A DNA stretch of 64,000 nt from Candidatus Shapirobacteria bacterium (GTDB taxonomy: Bacteria > Patescibacteriota > Microgenomatia > UBA12405 > BS750m-G30), in assembly GCA_043817235.1 (NCBI GenBank), contig JBDRHA010000008.1, positions 112-64,111 of the forward strand. Direction: 5' to 3'. The number at the start of each line of letters is the position of its first letter. Position 1 is the stretch's first letter. The notes under the pieces are model-generated. The model saw only the letters and a program-made list of their open reading frames with translations, had not been told where the DNA came from and made no database searches. Made by a program: the position numbers and the translations under genes. Shown piece by piece: positions 27,688 through 37,872 of this stretch.

Positions 27688-29483
27688 TTATCAATCACCC
27701 CCTTCTCTATTTTCATTATCTCACATAAGTCGGCAAAAGGATAGCAATTAACAATATCTGACTTTTTCGCCCAGCCTCTTTTAGCCACAATCACCCCGTA
27801 TTTCATAAAATCCATTTGGGTGACATGATGAGAGTCGGCGTTAATGATTAATTTTAGCCCCCGAGAAATTGCTTGGCGAACCAAGATATCAGGAAGATCT
27901 AGGCGGTTGGGCGAAGCGTTAATTTCTAAAATCTTATTTTCTTTTAAGCAGAAAGCATAAATTTCCTCCCAATCCGCTTCTATTTCCGACCGCTTATTTA
28001 GCATTCTTGTCGTCGGGTGGCCAAGAATTTTGACCTTAGGATGAGATAATCCCCTAACAATGCGCTTGGTCATTGTCTTTTTGTCTTGGTTAAAAACACT
28101 ATGGATCGAGGCAATTACATAGTCAAGATACAAAAAACCACTTTCAGGCAAAGCAAGCTGCCCATCCGGCCGAATATCTACTTCCAAGCCGTTTATAATT
28201 TCTATCTTAAGCTTTCTACCTATCGTTTTCCTAAGCTCTTCTATTTTTTTCTCTTTACTTTTAAGTAGTACTATTATCTGATTTTTGTTATGCTGACTTA
28301 AAGAAGGATTATGCTCTGTAAATCCTAAATAATGATAGCCAAGCTCTTTTCCTTTTTTAAGCATTTGAGCAAAACTGCTTTTCCCCAGATCGTGGCTTGG
28401 CTCTATTGGAAAACTAGAGTGAAGCTGAAGGTCGCCCTTTATGTCTTTAAGCTCTGCCAGCTTTGGCAAGCTTCCTTTTTGGGCTTGCTCAATTTCTCCC
28501 TGGTTTTCCCTTAATTCCGGGGGAATATAGTCCATCCCCAAAAACTGATAAAAATCTTTTTCTTTTTCAAAAGAATATTTTTTTCGCTTACGCGTATCCT
28601 TCATTCCGTGTTCGGATAAGCTAAAACCTTTTTCCAAAGCAATTTCCCGCAAACGAATGTTATGGTGCTTGGATCCGGTAAAGTGCTGGAGCAAAGATCC
28701 GTAAGCTTTCGGGTCTTGCACATAAGCATCAATTTGGTGCCCTGAGCTAAGCAAAAAAGAAATTTTTTTCCTGCCCGCTTCTAAAACTTTGCTTAACTTA
28801 GGATAAATTTCCAATTTTTTAATCACTGCTTGGGGATCGTTAGTTGCTATTGACAGGTCAATATCGCCAACAGTAGCGCTCCCCCGACGAATGCTTCCTA
28901 GTACATCAGCCCTAATTACTTTTTTGTCTTTTTGTAAAAATCTAATGATCTTTTCGGAAATTTCTAAGGCTTCTGACAAAAGCATTCTCTTTTCCTTTTT
29001 TTCCTGCCTTAAATAATCGCTAATTCCCGCCTTAATATCTGCTTCTGATTTTTTTCCAAAGCCCATTATTTGTCTAATTTTTCCTTTTTTGGCCGCCTTT
29101 AATGTTCTTCTTAAAGCATTTTTTCGGGCTTTAATCCCTAGTTCCTGGCAGAGCTTATAAGCGGTTTTGGGGCCGATGCCGTTCACTTTAATCAGCTCAA
29201 ACATCGCTAACGGAACTGCTTTTTGAATTTTTTCAAAGTGGTCAGATTTTCCTTTTTGGAAAACTTCACTTAAATATCCCGATATTTTTTCACCAATGCC
29301 AGAGATATTTTTTAATTCTCCTTTTTCCCAAAGGGTTTTTGCAGAAGCGGAAAGACTTTCTAAAGAATCGGCCGCTTGGTCATAAGCGGTGACGCGAAAA
29401 CGACTTTTTCCTTTAACTTCCAAGGCGGCAGAAACACTTTTCAAAAGCTCTGCCAATTCTTGGTTTGACCAGCTTTTTTTCAC
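27684..29483 (-). CDS. polX: DNA polymerase X with PHP domain
   Basis: GIGPKT, GSIRR, GDID, FTGSKHHN, PPELRE, ADSH. Confidence 0.93.
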   Translation of the reverse strand: MKKSWSNQELAELLKSVSAALEVKGKSRFRVTAYDQAADSLESLSASAKTLWEKGELKNISGIGEKISGYLSEVFQKGKSDHFEKIQKAVPLAMFELIKVNGIGPKTAYKLCQELGIKARKNALRRTLKAAKKGKIRQIMGFGKKSEADIKAGISDYLRQEKKEKRMLLSEALEISEKIIRFLQKDKKVIRADVLGSIRRGSATVGDIDLSIATNDPQAVIKKLEIYPKLSKVLEAGRKKISFLLSSGHQIDAYVQDPKAYGSLLQHFTGSKHHNIRLREIALEKGFSLSEHGMKDTRKRKKYSFEKEKDFYQFLGMDYIPPELRENQGEIEQAQKGSLPKLAELKDIKGDLQLHSSFPIEPSHDLGKSSFAQMLKKGKELGYHYLGFTEHNPSLSQHNKNQIIVLLKSKEKKIEELRKTIGRKLKIEIINGLEVDIRPDGQLALPESGFLYLDYVIASIHSVFNQDKKTMTKRIVRGLSHPKVKILGHPTTRMLNKRSEIEADWEEIYAFCLKENKILEINASPNRLDLPDILVRQAISRGLKLIINADSHHVTQMDFMKYGVIVAKRGWAKKSDIVNCYPFADLCEIMKIEKGVIDK

Positions 29484-29556
29484 AGCCTAATAATAGCACT
29501 TTTCCGTGCTTAAATATTGCTCATTATTTAAAAAGATGCTAATATCAAAACTACTC

Positions 29557-29654
29557 GGGGCTGTAGCCCCGCCTGCCAGCGCCTGAGGCGCAGCCGATGG
29601 CGGGCACGGTCAATTGGCTAGAGCAGTCCGACGTCTCGTCGGACAGGTTGCGGG
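29557..29654 (+). pseudogene. Partial, hairpin-disrupted copy of tRNA-Asp (5' end to T-stem)
   Basis: GGGGCTGTAGC [42-nt insert] TCAATTGGCTAGAGCA [GTCCGACGTCTCGTCGGAC] AGGTTGCGGG; blocks match 29927-29980. Confidence 0.85.
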
Positions 29655-29666
29655 CTTGGGTTAATA

Positions 29667-29936
29667 ATGACAAAAGGATTTGTTTACATATTAAAGAGCA
29701 TTAAAAATTCTAGTTATTATATAGGAAGTACTAACAACCTTGAAAGAAGGATGGATGACCATAAACAGGGCAAAGCAAAGTATACTAAAAACATTAGACC
29801 TGTTGAATTAAAGTTTTTTCAAGAGTACCGTTCTTTATCAAAGGCGAGAAAAATAGAATATAGGCTTAAAAAGCTATCACGTAAAGATTTAATTGATAAT
29901 ATAATAAAAGACGGCTACATAAAAATGGGGCTGTAG
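29667..29936 (+). CDS. Small stand-alone GIY-YIG nuclease (YhbQ/UPF0213-like)
   Basis: FVYIL...YYIGSTNNLERR..H...E; last codons are the first 10 nt of tRNA-Asp. Confidence 0.9.
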   Translation: MTKGFVYILKSIKNSSYYIGSTNNLERRMDDHKQGKAKYTKNIRPVELKFFQEYRSLSKARKIEYRLKKLSRKDLIDNIIKDGYIKMGL

Positions 29937-30003
29937 CTCAATTGGCTAGAGCATCCGCCTGTCACGCGGAAGGTTGCGGGTTCGAGTCCCGTTAGCCCCG
30001 CCA
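29927..30003 (+). tRNA. tRNA-Asp(GTC)
   Basis: Cloverleaf, loop CTGTCAC, GGTTCGAGTCC, CCA. Confidence 0.95.
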
Positions 30004-30090
30004 ATCGGAGCACCCTGGTGACCGTGATACCTCGAATATCCCAAAAATACCTTCAAAACCTCTAGTTTTTAATTTTAACATTCGTACCGC
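30004..30090 (+). repeat. Island left-end motif L1
   Basis: GCACCCTGGTGACCGTGATACCTCGAATATCCC...CAAAAC...ATTCGTACCGC collinear with 38529-38616. Confidence 0.7.
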
Positions 30091-30159
30091 ACGCTCACTG
30101 TCCGGTAAAATACCGTAAAATAGGACTTTTGGGTGAGTTATAAGGATATTTCCAATTGA

Positions 30160-30500
30160 AAAACCTCTTTGAACATCAAAAGAATCTTTTAGGATTTCCC
30201 GTTTCCGAATGGAAAGGTTTCTGGAATGTCCTAGATGCTTCTATCTTGACCGAAAAATGGATTTAGATCGTCCGGTCTTCCTGGGTGGCCTCTAAACAGT
30301 GCTGTTGACCGCCTTCTTAAAAACGAGTTTGATTTACTTCGAAACGATGGGAAGCCTCATGCCTTAATGAAAGAATGCGGCATTGATCTAGTTCCTTTCT
30401 CACACCTTGATTTGTTAGAATGAAGAGATGATTATTATAAAATATGTAGGCGTATCGATTTTGTATAAACCAACCAATCTCGAACTTTGTGGAATTAATG
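30160..30500 (+). pseudogene. Degraded paralog of the PD-(D/E)XK nuclease at 24965-25759
   Basis: SFRISRFRMERFLECPRCFYLDRK / frameshift / LNSAVDRLLKNEFDLLR...LE*RDD / TNLELCGI. Confidence 0.85.
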
Positions 30501-30504
30501 AATT

Positions 30505-30975
30505 ATGACTTCATATAAACATACTCAAATTGGATATCTGATGCTAATTGTGATGCTGGCCGTGCTGATTCTTTTCGCATGGGCTTATATTACGGCTTCA
30601 GCCGAACCTCCCTCGTATTACTCTGGCACAAATTTTGCCGTTACTGCCTTAATGGTATTAATTCTATTTATTCTTGCATCGTTTACCACGCTGACAGTGT
30701 CAATTGATGAAAACTATCTTCGAATCAAATTTGGATATGGGCTTTTTAAGAAGAAATTTTTACTAAGTAAAATGGTTTCTGTAAAAACTGTAAAGAATCC
30801 TTGGTATTACGGCTGGGGAATTAGGTTGTGTTTATGGCCCACTATATGGATCTATAACGTTTCAGGTTTTGATGCGGTTGAAATAATGATGAAGAACGGA
30901 AGGACGTATCGCATAGGCACAGATAATCCAAAAAAACTTGAGATGTCAATTAAGCGGGTTATCTTTACTACCTAA
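30505..30975 (+). CDS. Membrane protein with bacterial PH-like domain
   Basis: Two TM helices then YGWGIR...YNVSG...IGTD. Confidence 0.65.
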   Translation: MTSYKHTQIGYLMLIVMLAVLILFAWAYITASAEPPSYYSGTNFAVTALMVLILFILASFTTLTVSIDENYLRIKFGYGLFKKKFLLSKMVSVKTVKNPWYYGWGIRLCLWPTIWIYNVSGFDAVEIMMKNGRTYRIGTDNPKKLEMSIKRVIFTT

Positions 30976-30978
30976 CGC

Positions 30979-32994
30979 TTACGCTTCTGCAAATTGGCTA
31001 TTATAAAGTTCTGTATAAAAACCGTTAAGACTCAGTAATTTTTCGTGTGTTCCATGCTCTATCACATCTCCGTTTTTCATTACTAAAATTAAGTCTGCAT
31101 CCCGAATAGTCGAAAGCCGATGGGCAATTACAAAACTTGTCTTATCTTTCATAAGCATGTCCATGGCTTTTTGAATTAAAACTTCTGTTCGAGTATCTAC
31201 AGAACTTGTGGCTTCGTCCAGTATTAGCATTGGCCTTTTGGCTAACATCGCTCTTGCAATGGTAAGCAGTTGTTTTTCACCTTGGGAAATATTACCGGCT
31301 TCCTCGTTTATTTCCATATCATACCCATTAGGAAGTGACTTCACAAAGTGATCGACATGTGCTTCCTGTGCGGCAGTTATAAGGTCTTTTTCGGAAGCTT
31401 CCGGGTTCCCGTAAGTAATATTGTCTCGTATCGTACCTTTAAAAAGCCAGGTGTCCTGAAGAACCATCCCAAAAAGTTTTCTCACTTCAGACCTTTTCAT
31501 CTCTTTTATGTCAACGCCGTCTATCTTAATTAAGCCGCTACCAACTTCATAAAATCTCATTAAAAGATTAACTAACGTAGTCTTTCCCGCTCCGGTTGGA
31601 CCAACGATAGCAACTCTATGCCCTGGCTCAATTTTTATAGAAAGGTTTTTAATGACTTTCTGATCAGGATTATAACCAAAAACTACGTTTTTAAATTCTA
31701 TTTTTCCCTTAACTTTCGATAAAACGATTGATTTATTAGTTTCCTTTGACTCTTCTTCTTCAGCTAGAAATTCAAAAACCCTCTCAGCTGCAGCAGCCGT
31801 TGACTGCAACACATTTGCGATATTGGCGGTTTGAGTAATCGGCCGGTTAAACTGCTGAACGTATTGAATAAAAGCCTGAATATCTCCAATTTGTAATTTG
31901 CCATTAATAGCAAGCCAGCCTCCTACAACTGATACGCCTACGTAACCCAAATTACCAATAAATGTCATTAACGGGTGCATAAGACCCGATAGAAATTGGG
32001 ATTTCCAGGCACTTTGATAAAGTTTGGAATTGATCTTATCAAATTTTTTAATGGAATCTTTCTCTCCATTGAACACTTTGACAACTAAATGCCCGGAATA
32101 CATTTCTTCAACATGTCCGTTCATCAGACCAAGACTGGCTTGTTGATTTACGAACTGAATTTGGGAACGTTTCATAATTTGGGTAATTAAGAGAAAACTC
32201 AAGGGTAAAATAATAACTGTTACCAGGGTGAGAAGCGGACTTATCGAAAGCATCATAACAATAATACCAATAATCATAACAGCCGATGTTACAATTTGAG
32301 ACAGGCTTTGGTTTAATGTTTGGCTTACCGTGTCAACATCATTGGTGACCCTGCTTAAAACTTCTCCATATCTGTGTTTATCAAAGTAACTTAAGGGAAG
32401 TCTGTTAATTTTTTCCGAAAGATCCTTTCTGAATTGATAGGTTACTTTCTGGGTAATTCCTGTCATGATCCAGCCTTGAATATAGCCAAAAGCTGCACTT
32501 AGCAAATAGAGGCCGATAAGCAGAAGAATAATGTTTCGTATACTCTCAAAATGAAAGCTAGGACGTTTGGATAGATCAAGAGACTCTATTTTGGCAAAAG
32601 TTTCAGCGGGAATTTCATTAAGTAATTGCTGTGGAAGCTTCGTAATTAAATCTGTACCTTTTATTCCTGCAGGTAGCTCAATTTCAGCGGGGAGTTTGGA
32701 GATGACTTTGTCATAAGTTTGTATGTCAGTATAATCACTTACTATCTGGTTTGTAACCTGACCTAATATTTTTGGACTGACAATGGAGAAAATAGTACTG
32801 GCTATTACAAAAATTAATACCAATGACATTTTGGACCAAAAGGGTCGTAAATAACTTGCCAGTTTTTTTATTGTGCCCTTGAAATCTTTTGCCTTTTCAA
32901 CTGGCCCTCTTGCCATCATATTTCCTCTTCTGCCAAAAGGCATACCACCTGACTGGCCCTTTGAAGATTTGATTTTATCCTGATCTTTATTCAT
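30979..32994 (-). CDS. ABC exporter, fused TMD-ATPase (heterodimer subunit)
   Basis: GPTGAGKT, ISQGEKQ, ILDEATS, IAHRLS. Confidence 0.93.
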   Translation of the reverse strand: MNKDQDKIKSSKGQSGGMPFGRRGNMMARGPVEKAKDFKGTIKKLASYLRPFWSKMSLVLIFVIASTIFSIVSPKILGQVTNQIVSDYTDIQTYDKVISKLPAEIELPAGIKGTDLITKLPQQLLNEIPAETFAKIESLDLSKRPSFHFESIRNIILLLIGLYLLSAAFGYIQGWIMTGITQKVTYQFRKDLSEKINRLPLSYFDKHRYGEVLSRVTNDVDTVSQTLNQSLSQIVTSAVMIIGIIVMMLSISPLLTLVTVIILPLSFLLITQIMKRSQIQFVNQQASLGLMNGHVEEMYSGHLVVKVFNGEKDSIKKFDKINSKLYQSAWKSQFLSGLMHPLMTFIGNLGYVGVSVVGGWLAINGKLQIGDIQAFIQYVQQFNRPITQTANIANVLQSTAAAAERVFEFLAEEEESKETNKSIVLSKVKGKIEFKNVVFGYNPDQKVIKNLSIKIEPGHRVAIVGPTGAGKTTLVNLLMRFYEVGSGLIKIDGVDIKEMKRSEVRKLFGMVLQDTWLFKGTIRDNITYGNPEASEKDLITAAQEAHVDHFVKSLPNGYDMEINEEAGNISQGEKQLLTIARAMLAKRPMLILDEATSSVDTRTEVLIQKAMDMLMKDKTSFVIAHRLSTIRDADLILVMKNGDVIEHGTHEKLLSLNGFYTELYNSQFAEA

Positions 32995-34733
32995 AATTTT
33001 TGTGACTTTAATTCCTCGTCAGAAAGTTGCGAGTATGCTATTTCCTTATAAATTTCATTTTGTTTAAGTAGTTGCCTGTGAGTCCCCTGGCCGACAATTT
33101 TTCCTTTATCCAAAACAATAATTTTGTCGACATTCATAATTGTGCTTATGCGCTGGCCAACCACCAACATGGTTTTATTCTTAATTTCTTTTGTTAATGC
33201 CTTGCGAAGTTGGGCATCTGTTTTATAATCTAGTGCAGAAAATGAATCGTCAAAAATATAAACTTTTGGCTTTACCGCAATTGCCCGGGCAATTGAGAGC
33301 CTTTGTTTTTGTCCTCCAGAAACATTAGAACCACCCTGAGATATTTTGCTGTCATATTTTTTATTAAGTCTATTTATGAACTCTGAAGCTTGGGCAATAC
33401 TAGCGGATCTTGCAATGTCTATATCCTTTGCATTTTTGTTTCCATAATTTATATTGCTTTTAACCGTTCCGGAAAACAACACTCCTTTTTGAGGAACATA
33501 ACCAATCTGGCTATATAAGTCATTAAGCTTTAAATCCCGTATATCAACTCCATCCAGAAGAATTTGACCTGCTGTTACGTCATAAAATCTAGGTATTAAA
33601 TTTATGAGAGTCGTCTTTCCGCTCCCAGTACTACCAATAAAAGCGGTTGTCTGCCCAGGCTCTGCAGAAAAGTTGATACCGGTTAAGATAGGCACGTCTG
33701 CATCAGGATATGTAAAAGTAACATCTTTAAATTCAATTCTACCTCTTCCCTTTGGATTCGGATTAGTTGGCTTTTTGGGGTCCTTAATTAAAGGGTCAGT
33801 TTCTAAAACCTCTGCTACCCTTTTACCAGATACAGACGCCCTTGGAATCATGATAAAAACTATCGAAATCATTAAAAATGACATAATAACTTGCATCGTA
33901 TATTGCATAAAGGCGAGCATGTTTCCAATTTGAATTGAACCACTGTCTATTAAATGTAATGAGAACCAGACGATAGCAACAACAGAAAGATTAAGTACTA
34001 GCAGCATCGTTGGCTGGAGAATAGACATTAACCTGTTTACAAATAAGTTAACTTTTGTTAATTCTTTATTTGTTTTTTCAAATTTCTCTTGTTCCTTGTG
34101 CTCATTATTGAAAGCCCTAACTATCCGCAAGCCCGATAAATTTTCCCGAGTCACCAGATTAAGTTTATCTATTAATTCTTGTACGAACTTAAATTTGGGA
34201 AGACCGAAAACAAAAAGTACTGCAATCATCCCCAAAAGTGTTAAGGTGGCAAGACCGATGATCCAACTCAAAGAAGGTGCTGTGATAAGAGCCTTCTGAA
34301 GCGCACCAATAGCCATAATGGGTGCCATGAGAACGAGCCTAAAAACCATAATTAAAACCATTTGTATTTGCTGGATATCGTTTGTGGATCTTGTAATAAG
34401 AGAGGCTGTGGAGAACTTGTTAAACTCTGAAATAGAGAAGCTTTCAACTTTAGTAAAAACTTGCTTCCTTACATCCCGAGAAAATCCTGTGGCAATACGG
34501 GAGGCTAAGTACCCAACGACAGCCGCAGACACAACCCCAACAAGGGTAATCAAGAGCATTAATCCACCATTGGTGTAAATTGCCTTTGTATTCTTAAGAA
34601 TTATTCCATCATTAACGATATTGGCCATATAGTCAGGTAAGGCTAGATTTGCTATTACTTGAAGATAGGTAAATACAGCCAATACCAGAATGAGCCAAAT
34701 ATAAGGCCTTAAGAATTTTATTAATTTTGTCAT
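32991..34733 (-). CDS. ABC exporter, fused TMD-ATPase (degenerate-site subunit)
   Basis: GSTGSGKT, SGGQKQR, IFDDSFS, VGQR. Confidence 0.93.
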   Translation of the reverse strand: MTKLIKFLRPYIWLILVLAVFTYLQVIANLALPDYMANIVNDGIILKNTKAIYTNGGLMLLITLVGVVSAAVVGYLASRIATGFSRDVRKQVFTKVESFSISEFNKFSTASLITRSTNDIQQIQMVLIMVFRLVLMAPIMAIGALQKALITAPSLSWIIGLATLTLLGMIAVLFVFGLPKFKFVQELIDKLNLVTRENLSGLRIVRAFNNEHKEQEKFEKTNKELTKVNLFVNRLMSILQPTMLLVLNLSVVAIVWFSLHLIDSGSIQIGNMLAFMQYTMQVIMSFLMISIVFIMIPRASVSGKRVAEVLETDPLIKDPKKPTNPNPKGRGRIEFKDVTFTYPDADVPILTGINFSAEPGQTTAFIGSTGSGKTTLINLIPRFYDVTAGQILLDGVDIRDLKLNDLYSQIGYVPQKGVLFSGTVKSNINYGNKNAKDIDIARSASIAQASEFINRLNKKYDSKISQGGSNVSGGQKQRLSIARAIAVKPKVYIFDDSFSALDYKTDAQLRKALTKEIKNKTMLVVGQRISTIMNVDKIIVLDKGKIVGQGTHRQLLKQNEIYKEIAYSQLSDEELKSQKL

Positions 34734-34745
34734 TTTACTGCTTTC

Positions 34746-35966
34746 TCACTCATATCTTAATGCCTCAATTGGTAATAGTTTTGCTGCTCGTTGGGCCGGA
34801 TAATAACCAAATACAACTCCTACGACAGAAGAAACTCCGACGGCAAGAAGAATTGAGCTAAGAGAGACAACAAACGGGATATCTATAAGTCCAGAGATCA
34901 AAAATGACAAACCAATCCCTAGTGACATTCCGATTAAACCACCTACAAGAGTTAAAACAATTGCCTCGATTAAAAATTGTGTAAGAATGTCTCCATCTCT
35001 TGCTCCGATGGATTTTAAAAGGCCAATTTCTCGCGTTCGCTCAGTCACAGTCACAAGCATAATGTTCATAATGCCAATGCCACCAACTACAAGAGAAATT
35101 GCAGCAATTCCAGATAGCAATGCTGTCAAAAGTCCTGTCACCGACCCAACAGTATCCAATGCCTGTTGTGCACTGTTTACTGAAAAGTCATTATTCGCCC
35201 CCTCGATAATATCATGCTGATCTACCAACAAAGAAGTAATGTCATTAACTGTTTGATTTACCAGCTCTCCATTTTCAACTTGTATCAAAATCTGGGAAAC
35301 ATAATCTTGTCCAAGTAATATCTTCATGGCAGTATTTACCGGAATATAGACACCTTTGTTGGGGTTTGAGAAAGCACTACTATCCTTTTCTTGAAGCACT
35401 CCTATTACTCTAAAAGACTTGTTGTCAAGTTTTATAGATTCTCCAACAGGCTCAGCTTCTTCACCAAATAAATCAGCAACAACATCCGCTCCAATTACGG
35501 CAACACGAGAAAGACTGATTTCATCATCATTACTAAAAAACTCCCCTTGGTTAATCTCAAGTGATTGGATAGTTGAATAATCTGATCCAACACCTTGAAC
35601 TGTGGCATTTACGGTTTGTCCATTGGCACTTACCTGAAGCGGTTTCGAGGCTACTCCAGATACAGCTGAGATATTTTGCAATCTAGATTTGTCGGCAAGT
35701 GCTTCTACATCTTCAAGCTTGAGTGTGTCAGTCTGGTTTTGCCGTGGCCCCTGTCCACTTCCACTTGACCCCGGAAGTATAAATACTGTATTTGTTCCAA
35801 AAGAAGACAGCTGACCAGTAATGCTTGCTGTGGCTCCTTGCCCCAGCGAGATAATTAAAATAACAGAGGCAATACCAATAATTATTCCCAGCATAGTTAG
35901 TAGGGTACGAAGAATATTTCCTCTTAAAGCCCCAATTGCAGATGATATAAGTTCGTTGTAATTCAT
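34746..35966 (-). CDS. MacB/FtsX-type ABC permease
   Basis: RTLLTMLGIIIG, GIMNIMLVTVTERTREIG, PIEALRYE. Confidence 0.92.
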   Translation of the reverse strand: MNYNELISSAIGALRGNILRTLLTMLGIIIGIASVILIISLGQGATASITGQLSSFGTNTVFILPGSSGSGQGPRQNQTDTLKLEDVEALADKSRLQNISAVSGVASKPLQVSANGQTVNATVQGVGSDYSTIQSLEINQGEFFSNDDEISLSRVAVIGADVVADLFGEEAEPVGESIKLDNKSFRVIGVLQEKDSSAFSNPNKGVYIPVNTAMKILLGQDYVSQILIQVENGELVNQTVNDITSLLVDQHDIIEGANNDFSVNSAQQALDTVGSVTGLLTALLSGIAAISLVVGGIGIMNIMLVTVTERTREIGLLKSIGARDGDILTQFLIEAIVLTLVGGLIGMSLGIGLSFLISGLIDIPFVVSLSSILLAVGVSSVVGVVFGYYPAQRAAKLLPIEALRYE

Positions 35967-35968
35967 GG

Positions 35969-36661
35969 TTAGTTAATAGTATCTGAAACAATCTCACCGT
36001 CTTTTAAGCGAATCGTGCGTTTTGCAAAGGCCGCGATATCGTCTTCGTGGGTAATAAGAACAATTGTGTGCCCCTTTTTATTAAGCTCACGGAAAAAAAC
36101 CATTATTTCGTGAGCTGTTTTGCTATCCAAATTTCCGGTTGGTTCATCAGCAAGGATGATAGCTGGGTTCATTACCAACGCCCGAGCAATAGCTACCCGT
36201 TGGATTTGACCACCGGAAATATGGTTAGAAAGATTGTCTGCTTTGTCGTCAATGCCAACTAACTCCAAACATTCCATCGCTCTTTTTTTCCGTCCCTCAA
36301 TATCTATACCGGCATACATCATCGGCCGTTCAACATTTTTAAAAACAGTGGTTCGCGGCAGTAAGTTAAAAGCTTGGAAAATAAAGCCAATTTCGTGGTT
36401 TCGGATATAGGCCAGATCATCACTATTGTAAGTGCTGATATCCTTGCCTTTTAAAAAATATTTACCACTCGTGGGAGTATCAAGCGCGCCTAGAATATGC
36501 ATTGTGGTTGACTTACCTGATCCCGAAGGACCCATAATCGCCACAAACTCGCCCTGATCAATATTAAGAGAGATTCCTTTTAATGCTCTGTAGGTGTCGT
36601 TTCCAACCCCATAATCTTTAACAATCTCTTTTAGTAAAATAACAGGTGTTCTTTTTTTCAT
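35969..36661 (-). CDS. MacB/LolD-type ABC ATPase
   Basis: GPSGSGKS, SGGQIQR, LADEPTGNLD; ATG at 36661. Confidence 0.92.
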   Translation of the reverse strand: MKKRTPVILLKEIVKDYGVGNDTYRALKGISLNIDQGEFVAIMGPSGSGKSTTMHILGALDTPTSGKYFLKGKDISTYNSDDLAYIRNHEIGFIFQAFNLLPRTTVFKNVERPMMYAGIDIEGRKKRAMECLELVGIDDKADNLSNHISGGQIQRVAIARALVMNPAIILADEPTGNLDSKTAHEIMVFFRELNKKGHTIVLITHEDDIAAFAKRTIRLKDGEIVSDTIN

Positions 36662-36668
36662 ACATATT

Positions 36669-37871
36669 TTACCTACCAAACGGTCCTCCGCCATTAGCTT
36701 CAACAACTCCATTCTTAGCACCAGTTATTACTTCCATACCTTCTTCGACTCCACTTATTATCTGAGTTCTTTCGGGACTCTTAATTCCCACTTCAACTGG
36801 GATATATTTTGGCATGTCGGTTTGCGGGTCGATTACTTGTACTGCCTTGCCCCCTTGGTAGGGTTTAATTGCACTGTTTGGAACTATCAAGGCATTTTCA
36901 GCTTTATCGACTACAATATCTACATTTGCCGTCATCATAGAACGGATGGAGCTCTCGGGATCAATTATTTCAACCACAACCGTATAAGTGATAACTCCAT
37001 TAGCATTTATACCAATTGTGTCTACATGGGTTACCTTGCCTTGGAACTTTTTACCTGGAAAAGCGTCAAGGGTAAAAGTGGCAGACTGATCTACCTTTAC
37101 CTTAGGAATGTCAACCTCATTTAGCTCAAGAGTTACTGTATATCTTGAGAAGTTCCCAACCACCAAAACTGGGATTCCTCCTGTGCTGCTATTTCCAGCA
37201 ACTACATGGTCACCAGCCTTAGACAAAAAATTAGCCACAGTTCCACTTGCTGGAGCGCGGACTATGATATTTTGTGTTGCGAAGTAAGCTAGTTCGGCTG
37301 ATTTCAAGGAAGCTTCGGCAGCGGCAATGGCATCATATGCGGAGTCCCTTGCTGCTTGAGCTGTAGTTCTTAATGCTTTCTGTGCAAATGTCTCATCTGA
37401 GTCATGATCTTTTACATCGTCTTCCACTTTTTGCGCAGTTGCTTCGCGATCCCGATAGGTATTCAAGGCTTGATTATAGGCAGAAGAAGCACCTTGGTAT
37501 GTAGCGAAAGCCGCGGCTTTTTCTTGATCTGTAGCAGTACTCCTCACTTTAAAAAGATTCTGACCTGCCTTAACTTCTGCGCCATTTTCAATATATACAA
37601 CCTCTATAATTCCAGTTGAGCTTGAGTAAACATCAACTATACCAGAAGAGTTTACATTCCCAGTTTCGGATACAATTTGCTCAATATTCCTTCGTTCGAC
37701 TTTCTGAAAAAGATATTCCGGTTGATTGTTTGTATTTCCAATACGATTGAATGCAAAATAAGCAACTCCAAGAATCAAGGTGACAGTAATTATTTTTTTA
37801 ACTAGGCTAAGTTTCAAAAACCATTTTTTGACACGAAGAGCCCCACCTTTTATTTTTTTAAAGATTTTCAT
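36669..37871 (-). CDS. MacA-like periplasmic adaptor (membrane fusion protein)
   Basis: N-terminal TM, RAPASGTV, VPNSAI. Confidence 0.88.
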   Translation of the reverse strand: MKIFKKIKGGALRVKKWFLKLSLVKKIITVTLILGVAYFAFNRIGNTNNQPEYLFQKVERRNIEQIVSETGNVNSSGIVDVYSSSTGIIEVVYIENGAEVKAGQNLFKVRSTATDQEKAAAFATYQGASSAYNQALNTYRDREATAQKVEDDVKDHDSDETFAQKALRTTAQAARDSAYDAIAAAEASLKSAELAYFATQNIIVRAPASGTVANFLSKAGDHVVAGNSSTGGIPVLVVGNFSRYTVTLELNEVDIPKVKVDQSATFTLDAFPGKKFQGKVTHVDTIGINANGVITYTVVVEIIDPESSIRSMMTANVDIVVDKAENALIVPNSAIKPYQGGKAVQVIDPQTDMPKYIPVEVGIKSPERTQIISGVEEGMEVITGAKNGVVEANGGGPFGR

Positions 37872-37872
37872 T

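Noticed and set aside
29557-30003. Group I intron with homing endonuclease inside tRNA-Asp
   Set aside because: The downstream tRNA is complete on its own, the upstream part is a duplicate rather than an exon, and there is no room for a group I core
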